DNA from: an uncultured bacterium
Lineage (GTDB): Bacteria; Armatimonadota; Hebobacteria; CAIYQO01
Direction: 5' to 3'
NCBI GenBank assembly: GCA_964573385.1
Contig: CAZNLA010000004.1
Span: forward strand, 1 to 41,305
Length of the DNA: 41,305 bases
In this document: in pieces, positions 26,938 to 34,542 of the stretch
Layout of the letters: each line of letters begins with the position of its first letter
Numbering within the stretch: the stretch's first letter is position 1
Notes under the pieces: model-generated
Database searches by the model: none
What the model was told of the DNA's origin: nothing
The model's input: the letters and a program-made list of their open reading frames with translations, nothing else
Program-made: the position numbers and the translations under genes

Positions 26938-27959
26938 GTAATGAATTTCAATTCTTAGTCTACCGATCTGCTGATGAAAACGTATCTGTTGATGCAATTG
27001 TTAAAGACGAAACAATTTGGCTTACCCAAAAAGGAATGGCTGAACTTTTTGGTGTGCAAACACCTGCCATCAACAAACATTTGAAAAATATATTTGAAGA
27101 GGGTGAGTTAAATGAATCAGTGGTTATTTCCAAAATGGAAAGAACCACTCTTCACGGTGCAATACCTGAAAAGACACAAACAAAAGAGACAAATTATTAT
27201 AACCTTGATGCTATCATCTCGGTAGGTTACCGTGTTAATTCAAGACGTGCTACAAATTTTCGAATTTGGGCGACGGGCATTTTAAAAGAATACATGACCA
27301 AAGGCTTTGCTATGGATGATGAGCGCTTAAAGCAAAGCAAAACAGCATTTGGAAAAGATTATTTCAAAGAATTATTAGAACGCGTCAGATCTATTCGTGC
27401 CAGCGAGCGCCGCATGTGGCAGCAGATTACAGATATTTTCGCCGAGTGCAGCATCGATTACGACAGAGATTCTGAGGTGACCCATGAGTTCTATGCCATG
27501 GTACAGAATAAATTCCATTATGCCATCACAGGTCAAACGGCTGCAGAAATCATCTTTTCAAAATCCGACCATCAAAAAGAAAATATGGGGCTTACAACAT
27601 GGAAGAACGCACCGGATGGCCGTATTTTAAAATCAGATGTCTCGGTTGCTAAGAATTATCTAAATGAACAAGAAATTAAGCGACTTGAAAGAACAGTAAC
27701 TGGCTATTTTGACTATATTGAAGATCTTATAGAACGGGAGAACAGTTTTACAATGGAGCAGTTTTCCTCAAGCATCAATGAGTTCTTAACATTTAGAAAA
27801 TATAAAATACTGCCTGATAAAGGTAAAATATCAAAGCAAATGGCACTCGATAAAGCAGGTACAGAATATGATGAATTTAACAAAACCCAGAAAATAACAT
27901 CGGATTTTGACCGTGCGGTAAAACAGTTAACGCAAAAGGACGAAGGGACGAAAGAATGA
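26934..27959 (+). CDS. RhuM-family protein (uncharacterised family often found inside type I R-M loci)
   Basis: 341 aa. ...ETIWLTQKGMAELFGVQTPAINKHLKNIFEEGEL...YYNLDAIISVGYRVNSRRATNFRIWAT..LKEYMTKGFAMDDERLKQ...SIRASERRMWQQITDIF matches my recollection of RhuM-family sequences. ATGA overlaps with both neighbours. Confidence 0.82.
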   Translation: MSNEFQFLVYRSADENVSVDAIVKDETIWLTQKGMAELFGVQTPAINKHLKNIFEEGELNESVVISKMERTTLHGAIPEKTQTKETNYYNLDAIISVGYRVNSRRATNFRIWATGILKEYMTKGFAMDDERLKQSKTAFGKDYFKELLERVRSIRASERRMWQQITDIFAECSIDYDRDSEVTHEFYAMVQNKFHYAITGQTAAEIIFSKSDHQKENMGLTTWKNAPDGRILKSDVSVAKNYLNEQEIKRLERTVTGYFDYIEDLIERENSFTMEQFSSSINEFLTFRKYKILPDKGKISKQMALDKAGTEYDEFNKTQKITSDFDRAVKQLTQKDEGTKE

Positions 27960-29131
27960 GTAAATTGGAAGAATTAATTGCTGAATTATGTCCGGACGGA
28001 GTAGAGTGGAAGACGTTGGGAGAGATTGCAACACTTGTTCGTGGTAATGGTTTGCCAAAAAATGATTTTACCGAGAGTGGAGTTGGGTGCATACATTATG
28101 GACAAATCTACACATATTATGGTGCTTTTACCAATATAACAAAATCATATGTGTCCAATGAGACTGCAAGTAAATTAAAGAAGGTAAATAAAAATGACAT
28201 TATCATTACAAACACAAGTGAGAATTTAGAGGATGTTTGTAAAGCAGTTGTTTGGCTTGGGGACGTTGAAATAGTAACCGGTGGTCATGCAACTATTATT
28301 AAGCATACTCAAAATGCAAAGTATTTAACTTACTTTACTCAGACATCAATGTTTTTTGAACAAAAAAGAAAATATGCCAATGGAACAAAGGTTATTGATG
28401 TTTCTGCAAACAATTTATCAAAAATAAAAATCCCCATCCCACCCCTACCAATCCAACGTGAAATTGTCCGGATACTGGACAATTTCACGGAGCTTACAGC
28501 GGAGCTTACAGCGGAGCTTACAGCGGAGCTTACAGCCAGAAAACAACAATATGAATATTATAGAGATAGTCTGCTGACTTTTGGTGATGATGTGGAATGG
28601 AAGACGTTGGGGGATGTACTTAAAATTAAGAATGGAAAAGATTATAAAGCATTTAATTCGGGAGATATTCCTGTTTATGGTTCAGGTGGTATTATGACAT
28701 ATGTTGATACTATTGCTTATGATAAACCTTCTGTATTGATACCACGAAAAGGATCAATAGATAAACTTTATTTCGTAGACATACCGTTTTGGACGGTTGA
28801 TACATTATTTTACACAGAGATAAATAACAAAATAACTATTCCTAAATACGTGTTTTACTTCTTACAAAAAGAACATCTTGAACAATACAATACAGCAGGT
28901 GGAGTTCCGAGTTTAACCCAAACAGTGCTAAACAAAATCAAAATCCCCGTACCACCCCTTCCCGAACAAGAACGCATTGTCGCCATTCTTGACCGTTTTG
29001 ATATCCTTGTAAATGACATTGCCACAGGTTTGCCTGCAGAAATTGCGGCGCGCAAACAGCAGTATGAATATTACCGGGATAAACTGTTAACCTTTCCTGA
29101 CTGCCGTCAGGCAAGTAGAGAGAAAGCATAA
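27956..29131 (+). CDS. hsdS: Type I R-M specificity subunit HsdS, IC-family-like, with two target-recognition domains
   Basis: Two TRDs, each opening with VEWKTLG(E/D). Conserved PPLP.Q..IV.ILD.F and ARKQQYEYYRD.LLTF at the centre and the C-terminus. Central ELTA/TAEL tetrapeptide repeats. Confidence 0.92.
   Translation: MSKLEELIAELCPDGVEWKTLGEIATLVRGNGLPKNDFTESGVGCIHYGQIYTYYGAFTNITKSYVSNETASKLKKVNKNDIIITNTSENLEDVCKAVVWLGDVEIVTGGHATIIKHTQNAKYLTYFTQTSMFFEQKRKYANGTKVIDVSANNLSKIKIPIPPLPIQREIVRILDNFTELTAELTAELTAELTARKQQYEYYRDSLLTFGDDVEWKTLGDVLKIKNGKDYKAFNSGDIPVYGSGGIMTYVDTIAYDKPSVLIPRKGSIDKLYFVDIPFWTVDTLFYTEINNKITIPKYVFYFLQKEHLEQYNTAGGVPSLTQTVLNKIKIPVPPLPEQERIVAILDRFDILVNDIATGLPAEIAARKQQYEYYRDKLLTFPDCRQASREKA
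28489..28536 (+). repeat. 12-bp tandem repeat GGAGCTTACAGC x4 in the central conserved region of hsdS (encodes ELTAELTAELTAELTA)
   Basis: Copies at 28489-28500, 28501-28512, 28513-28524 and 28525-28536 are identical at every position. Confidence 0.95.
29101..29113. repeat. Variant copy (CTGCCGTCAGGCA) of the hsd palindromic motif, within the last codons of hsdS
   Basis: Sits in the hairpin CCTGAC-TGCC-GTCAGG (29096-29111). One mismatch to the 13-nt core at 26621-26633 and 29555-29567. Confidence 0.6.
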
Positions 29132-32100
29132 TGAGTTTCTATAATATTATCGTTGAAACAAATGAGGCTACTGTTGTTGCCGAATATGTGCCGGATACAG
29201 TCCGCGAATCGAGTTATCAGAGCGAGGCAGCACTGGAACAAACGTTTATCAACCAATTAGCCACCCAGGGGTATGAGCGGATTTTTGTGACGAAAGAAAA
29301 TGACATAATCGTCAATCTGCGTAAACAGCTTGAACTGCTAAACAAATATAAATTTTCTGACCATGAATGGGATAGATTTTTTAACCAGAATATCGCCAAC
29401 GCCAACGATGGCATTGTCGAGAAAACCCGTAAAATACAGGATGACCATGTACAAAACCTGAAACGTGACGACAGCAGCACCAAAAATATAATCCTGATAG
29501 ATAAAAAGAATATTCACAATAACCGACTTCAATTGCTAACCCAATATACCATGCCTGCCGGCAGGCAGGAAGAAGTGGGTGGAAATCATGAAACGCGGTA
29601 TGATGTAACCATTCTTGTAAACGGTTTACCGCTGGTGCATATAGAATTAAAACGCCGGGGTGTGGCTATCCGTGAGGCATTTAACCAGATAAAACGTTAT
29701 CAGCGCGATTCTTTTTGGGCGGCGTCGGGGCTGTACGAATACGTGCAGATATTTGTTATATCTAACGGGACGCGTACCAAATATTACTCGAATACCACCC
29801 GAAACCAGCATATTAAGGAGTTCGGCGATAGCGGCAGCCGAAAAAGCAAAAAGACCAGCAACAGTTTTGAGTTTACCAATTATTGGGCGGACGCGAATAA
29901 CAGGGTGATTGCTGACCTGGTGGATTTCACCAGCACATTTTTTGCCAAACATACAATATTGAATATCCTCACCCGCTACTGCGTCTTTACTTCAGAAGAT
30001 ATGTTACTGGTCATGCGTCCATACCAGATAGCGGCAACCGAAAGAATATTAAACCGTATAACTGTTTCCACTAATTATAAAAAGACCGGCACAGTTGAAG
30101 CGGGCGGGTATGTATGGCATACCACAGGTTCGGGCAAGACGCTGACCAGTTTCAAGACTGCTCAACTTGCCACGGCACTGCCATATATTGATAAAGTGCT
30201 GTTTGTTGTTGACCGCAAAGATCTTGATTACCAGACGATGAAAGAATATGACCGTTTTGAAAAAGGCGCGGCGAACAGCAACACATCAACAAAAATATTG
30301 CAACAGCAACTTGAAAACCCTGACGCCAGAATTATTATCACCACGATTCAAAAACTCGATGTATTTATCAGCAATAATAAAGGTCATGATGTGTTTAAAC
30401 AACACATGGTGCTGATATTCGATGAATGTCATCGTTCGCAATTTGGCGATATGCATAAAAAAATAGTCGGTATCTTTAAAAACTACCACATCTTCGGTTT
30501 TACCGGAACGCCGATTTTTGCTATGAATGCTGTCAGCGGCGGCAACCCACTCCTTCGCACAACCCCACAGGCGTTCGGGGACAAACTGCATACATACACC
30601 ATTGTAGATGCCATTAATGATAACAATGTCTTGCCCTTTCGTATTGATTTCATAAACACGGTAAAGATGAAAAATGAAGTAAATGATACCCAGGTTCGCG
30701 CGATAGATACCGAAAAGGCAATGTCCGCGCCGGAACGTATCAGCGAGATTACAAAATATATTCTGGAACATTTCAACCAGAAAACATACAGAAATCAAAA
30801 CCGGTCATATTTTGACCACAGAGTAACAACTAATATCAAAGATATGGCGGGTTCTAAATATAATGTAGAGATAGAAAAGAAAGAAAGCAGGAAGATAAAC
30901 GGATTCAATTCCATCTTTGCTGTCGCGTCTATCCCGGTGGCAATGAAATATTATACCGAGTTCAAACGGCAAATCACAGAAAGTAACAGCAACCTTAAAA
31001 TTGCGACTATTTTCAGTTTCAGCGTAAATGAAGACGACCCGGAAGATCTATTCCCGGATGAAGGTTTTGAAACAGATAAGCTGGATAAAACCTCGCGGGA
31101 TTTCCTTGATTCGGCAATTAGCGACTACAATAAAACATTCAGTGTAAATTACGACACCTCGGCAGATAAATTCCAGAACTATTACAAAGACGTATCTTTG
31201 CGCGTGAAAAACCGGGAAGTTGATTTGCTTATTGTGGTCAACATGTTTCTGACCGGTTTTGACGCGACAACGCTGAATACCCTATGGGTAGATAAAAACC
31301 TGAAACAACATGGGCTTATCCAGGCATTTTCACGTACTAACCGGATATTAAACTCAATTAAAACCTTCGGAAATATTGTATGCTTCCGTGATCTTAAAAA
31401 GGCAACAGATGATGCCATTACTCTATTTGGTGATAAAGAGGCAGGCGGCATTGTCCTGCTTAAAACATATAACGAATATTATAATGGATATGACGATGTT
31501 GGAAAGCATAAACCGGGATATATTGAACTCATCAGCTTATTGCAATCAAAATATCCGATAGGAGAAAATATTATTGGAGAAGAAGCGCAGAAAGATTTTA
31601 TCCACTTATTCGGGGCAATACTGCGCTTAAAAAATATTCTTATATCCTTTGATGAATTTCCGGGCAATGAAATCCTCACCATACGTGATTTTCAGGATTA
31701 TCAAAGCATCTATATCGACCTTTATCAGGATTTTACCAAAGGTAAAAATGCCGACAAGGAAAACATTAACGATGACCTGGTGTTTGAAATTGAACTTATC
31801 AAACAGATCGAGGTAAATATTGATTATATCCTGATGCTGGTAGCTAAATACCATGCATCCAATTGCACAGACAAAAATATTCTGATAACAATTGACAAGG
31901 CTATCGGTTCCAGTATTGAACTTCGCAGCAAGAAAGAACTTATTCAAGGTTTTATTGAACAGATTAACACATCAACCAATGTGGATCATGACTGGCATAC
32001 TTTTGTTGAACAGCAGAAAGAGAACGACCTGACAAAAATAATAGAAATAGAAAATCTGAAACCAGTCGAAACGCGAAAATTCATAACCGGTTCATTCCGC

Positions 32101-32247
32101 AATGGCGCAATGAAAACCACCGGTACAGATATTGATAAAATAATGCCACCTGTATCACGTTTTGCGAATGGCGGCAGGACTGCAAAAAAACAAGGTATTA
32201 TCGAAAGATTACTGGCGTTTTTTGAGAAATATTTGGGGTTGGTATGA
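29131..32247 (+). CDS. hsdR: Type I restriction enzyme R subunit HsdR (nuclease plus SF2 translocase), IC-family-like
   Basis: PD-(D/E)xK region RYDVTILVNGLPLVHIELKRRG. Helicase motifs HTTGSGKTLTS, LIFDECHRSQ, FGFTGTPI, MFLTGFDA, QAFSRTNR. The ATG overlaps the hsdS stop (TAATG). Confidence 0.93.
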   Translation: MSFYNIIVETNEATVVAEYVPDTVRESSYQSEAALEQTFINQLATQGYERIFVTKENDIIVNLRKQLELLNKYKFSDHEWDRFFNQNIANANDGIVEKTRKIQDDHVQNLKRDDSSTKNIILIDKKNIHNNRLQLLTQYTMPAGRQEEVGGNHETRYDVTILVNGLPLVHIELKRRGVAIREAFNQIKRYQRDSFWAASGLYEYVQIFVISNGTRTKYYSNTTRNQHIKEFGDSGSRKSKKTSNSFEFTNYWADANNRVIADLVDFTSTFFAKHTILNILTRYCVFTSEDMLLVMRPYQIAATERILNRITVSTNYKKTGTVEAGGYVWHTTGSGKTLTSFKTAQLATALPYIDKVLFVVDRKDLDYQTMKEYDRFEKGAANSNTSTKILQQQLENPDARIIITTIQKLDVFISNNKGHDVFKQHMVLIFDECHRSQFGDMHKKIVGIFKNYHIFGFTGTPIFAMNAVSGGNPLLRTTPQAFGDKLHTYTIVDAINDNNVLPFRIDFINTVKMKNEVNDTQVRAIDTEKAMSAPERISEITKYILEHFNQKTYRNQNRSYFDHRVTTNIKDMAGSKYNVEIEKKESRKINGFNSIFAVASIPVAMKYYTEFKRQITESNSNLKIATIFSFSVNEDDPEDLFPDEGFETDKLDKTSRDFLDSAISDYNKTFSVNYDTSADKFQNYYKDVSLRVKNREVDLLIVVNMFLTGFDATTLNTLWVDKNLKQHGLIQAFSRTNRILNSIKTFGNIVCFRDLKKATDDAITLFGDKEAGGIVLLKTYNEYYNGYDDVGKHKPGYIELISLLQSKYPIGENIIGEEAQKDFIHLFGAILRLKNILISFDEFPGNEILTIRDFQDYQSIYIDLYQDFTKGKNADKENINDDLVFEIELIKQIEVNIDYILMLVAKYHASNCTDKNILITIDKAIGSSIELRSKKELIQGFIEQINTSTNVDHDWHTFVEQQKENDLTKIIEIENLKPVETRKFITGSFRNGAMKTTGTDIDKIMPPVSRFANGGRTAKKQGIIERLLAFFEKYLGLV
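29552..29567. repeat. 16-bp perfect palindrome TGCCTGCCGGCAGGCA inside hsdR (encodes MPAGRQ)
   Basis: Self-complementary. Same core as the palindrome at the hsdM 3' end, and read in the same frame (PAGRQE). Confidence 0.85.
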
Positions 32248-32360
32248 GTTTATGAAATATTTAAAGAATTACAACACCAAATGTATCACGAGCATCCTGA
32301 TTGTGAGTATAATAAATTCATGGTCTTGTAATTTATAGATAAGCAAATGATAAATATTAA

Positions 32361-32464
32361 CAGGATTTTCGCTTTGAAAGAGAAATATACTTAAAAATGG
32401 TCGCTTCGACAGGCTCAGCGACCTGTCACTGAGCTTGTCGAAGTGACCTTGAGCAAAAATCCTG
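32361..32464. repeat. C-family MITE-like palindromic element, copy 1
   Basis: Termini CAGGATTTTCGCT and AGCAAAAATCCTG. Core doublet GGTCGCTTCGACAGGCTCAGCGACC (32399-32423) plus TGTCACTGAGCTTGTCGAAGTGACC (32424-32448). Confidence 0.75.
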
Positions 32465-32489
32465 TATTAAAAAAAAGAAGGTATAACTA

Positions 32490-33257
32490 ATGGCAACACA
32501 ACCTGTTTACCAGTTTTACGCAGAGCTTAGCGATTATATGCCAAAAATATGGCGTCGCTTTCAGGTAGCAAACAACGTTACTATGGCAAAATTTGGCTAT
32601 ATATTAATGACCCTGTTTGAGATGAAAGCAAGCCATCTGTTTTGCTTTGATGTTCCGTTTGTTGAAAACTTCAATAAGGAAATGCGTAAAAGATATTCTA
32701 AAAAGAATATTCATAAAGTATTGGAAGAGACCGACTTGTTATCTATAATAGATAACAATTGGCACATTGAAATTATTACCGAAGACTCAAATGAATACAT
32801 GAAAGAAGAAAGTGAAAAGATAATGGATGCGGTGGAAATCAAACTGAAGAATGTTATTAATTATCCCTCTGATAGAATGACTTTCACGTATGATTTTGGT
32901 GATAATTGGCAGGTATCAGTTGTTCTTGAAAAAATCATAGAAGACAAAGAACTTCCAGTTAAAGAACTCCCCAGGGTTCTTGGAGGAGAAGGATACGGAA
33001 TAATCGAAGATTGTGGCGGCGTGGGCGGACTTGAAGATATTGCAAAAGCATTTAAAAAGAAAAAAGGAGAGCAATATCAGGAATACTGTGATTGGCTGGA
33101 AGTTACAGATTTAGACTTGCTTACCTTTGATATTGACGATATGAATTTTCGGCTCAAAAAAGTGCCTCGAATTTATGCTGATATTTACGAACATAAATTA
33201 TATCCCACACAACAATCGTTGGATTTATTGGATAGAAAATATAAATCCAGTAAATAG
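32490..33257 (+). CDS. pRiA4b ORF-3-like (MM3350-like) family protein, function unknown
   Basis: 255 aa. N-terminal YQFYAELSDYMPKIWRRFQV and FTYDFGDNWQVSVVLEKI match the conserved IWRR and YDFGD.W motifs of that family as I recall them. AGAAGG SD. Confidence 0.75.
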   Translation: MATQPVYQFYAELSDYMPKIWRRFQVANNVTMAKFGYILMTLFEMKASHLFCFDVPFVENFNKEMRKRYSKKNIHKVLEETDLLSIIDNNWHIEIITEDSNEYMKEESEKIMDAVEIKLKNVINYPSDRMTFTYDFGDNWQVSVVLEKIIEDKELPVKELPRVLGGEGYGIIEDCGGVGGLEDIAKAFKKKKGEQYQEYCDWLEVTDLDLLTFDIDDMNFRLKKVPRIYADIYEHKLYPTQQSLDLLDRKYKSSK

Positions 33258-33371
33258 CAGGAGCAGTTGCATAGTAATCTAAATATCTTTTCGTTAATTC
33301 CATTTTAATGTTAATGCAATAGCCCACGGCAACGCCGTCATTGTTAAATACATTTATATCAAAATAGCTTT

Positions 33372-33491
33372 GACCCCGGATGGGGTCAGATATTTATAGA
33401 ACTTGAATTAATATTAGCTAATCGACCCCAGCGTGGGTCGCATATAATTACCGACAATCTGCTGTGTTATATGCGACCCACGCTGGGGTCG
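33372..33491. repeat. A-family composite repeat, copy 2
   Basis: GACCCCGGATGGGGTC (33372-33387), then ATATTTATAGAAC. Doublet arms CGACCCCAGCGTGGGTCGCATATAA (33423-33447) and TTATATGCGACCCACGCTGGGGTCG (33467-33491) are perfectly complementary. Confidence 0.8.
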
Positions 33492-33628
33492 GGTTTCTTG
33501 GTAGAAATCTTATTCTATAACTATTTGACCCCGCTGGGGTCGTCTTGAATTAAACATTATTTTCTCAATATTAAAGATGTGTATAAGGGTGAGGGCTACG
33601 CCGCTGGGTAAGTTTATAAATAAAGCCA

Positions 33629-33684
33629 ACGCTCTGTAAGAGCACAATTCCTTCGTTTTTAGGAATATTGCTCTTACAGAGCGT
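33629..33684. repeat. Long hairpin (16-bp plus 6-bp stems) nested between GCCGCTGGG and CCCAGCGGC arms
   Basis: ACGCTCTGTAAGAGCA (33629-33644) pairs with TGCTCTTACAGAGCGT (33669-33684). Inner pair ATTCCT/AGGAAT. No downstream T-tract, so not a typical terminator. Confidence 0.7.
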
Positions 33685-33871
33685 AATCTTTGTGATGATA
33701 CCAGGTCCCAGCGGCGATGCCGTGGGCTATGGAATTAATAGGCGAAGAAATAAATAACCAAATCCATACAAAATATAAGTTCGACACCTTGACGGGGTCG
33801 GTCATCTTTCATGAAATAATTTCTATAGACGTGAGACTCCTAACGGAGTAAAGGTCAGGTAACTATTCCAT

Positions 33872-34038
33872 AAATAGAATGTTCAATATCAGACGACCCC
33901 AGCGTGGGTCGAATATTTATAGAACATGATTTCGTATAGTAAAATCGACCCCAGCGCGGGTCGGATGTAATTACCACCAATTCTTCATTTATCAATATAT
34001 CGTTGCTGCCACCTTACATCCGACCCACTCTGGGGTCG
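33872..34038. repeat. A-family composite repeat, copy 3
   Basis: The first 100 nt or so are nearly identical to 24702-24800. Doublet arms CGACCCCAGCGCGGGTCGGATGTAA (33946-33970) and TTACATCCGACCCACTCTGGGGTCG (34014-34038). The loop is 43 nt. Confidence 0.8.
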
Positions 34039-34426
34039 TAATATCTATTTTGAAGCTATTTCTATAAACATCCGACTCCTAACGGAGTCAAAATCATTGT
34101 TAATACAATTATTTTTTTTAAATTAAAGATGCTTTTACAATAACTATTTTTTTAAAAGTTCAGGTTGCAGATTTGTGGTAGGCGAAAACCACCCCGACCT
34201 TCGGCCACCCCTCCTTGCCAAGGAGGGGAACTTAAAATGAAGAATTTGATTATTTTGACAGACATTATATTGTCAACTTATTACACAACTCCGGGGTAGT
34301 CGGGATGATAGATGACTTGTATGTTTTGTAACTGCCTGAAAAAATGTGTATAAGGGTGAGGACGTTGCCGTGGGCTATGGAATTGACTGTTTTATGCCGT
34401 TAGCACCCAAATCCGTACAAAAAAGT

Positions 34427-34537
34427 CAGGATTTTAGGCTGAACTTTTATAATGGTCACTTCGACAAGCGACCGTAATTTCTACCGGTCGCTGAGCCTGT
34501 CGAAGTGACCACGTCTGAAAACTGAAAACTTGTCCTG
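34427..34537. repeat. C-family MITE-like element, diverged copy
   Basis: CAGGATTTT...GGTCACTTCGACAAGCGACC (34454-34473)...GGTCGCTGAGCCTGTCGAAGTGACC (34486-34510)...GTCCTG. It ends 5 nt before the stop codon of the 743-aa gene. Confidence 0.65.
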
Positions 34538-34542
34538 ATTTA

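Noticed and set aside
27956-29131. An hsdS shufflon or invertible specificity system
   Set aside because: There is only one hsdS gene, with no silent hsdS' half-genes and no recombinase in the window. The only variability signal is the 12-bp tandem repeat.
33372-34089. Possible CRISPR array, from recurring units of about 30 nt with a 3' hairpin (TTCTATA-N7-GACCCC...GGGGTC)
   Set aside because: The units occur in both orientations with irregular spacing (tens to hundreds of nt). Several are arranged as inverted doublets. Sequence between them is itself repetitive. No cas genes are in the window. The pattern fits REP/REPIN or MITE-like elements better.
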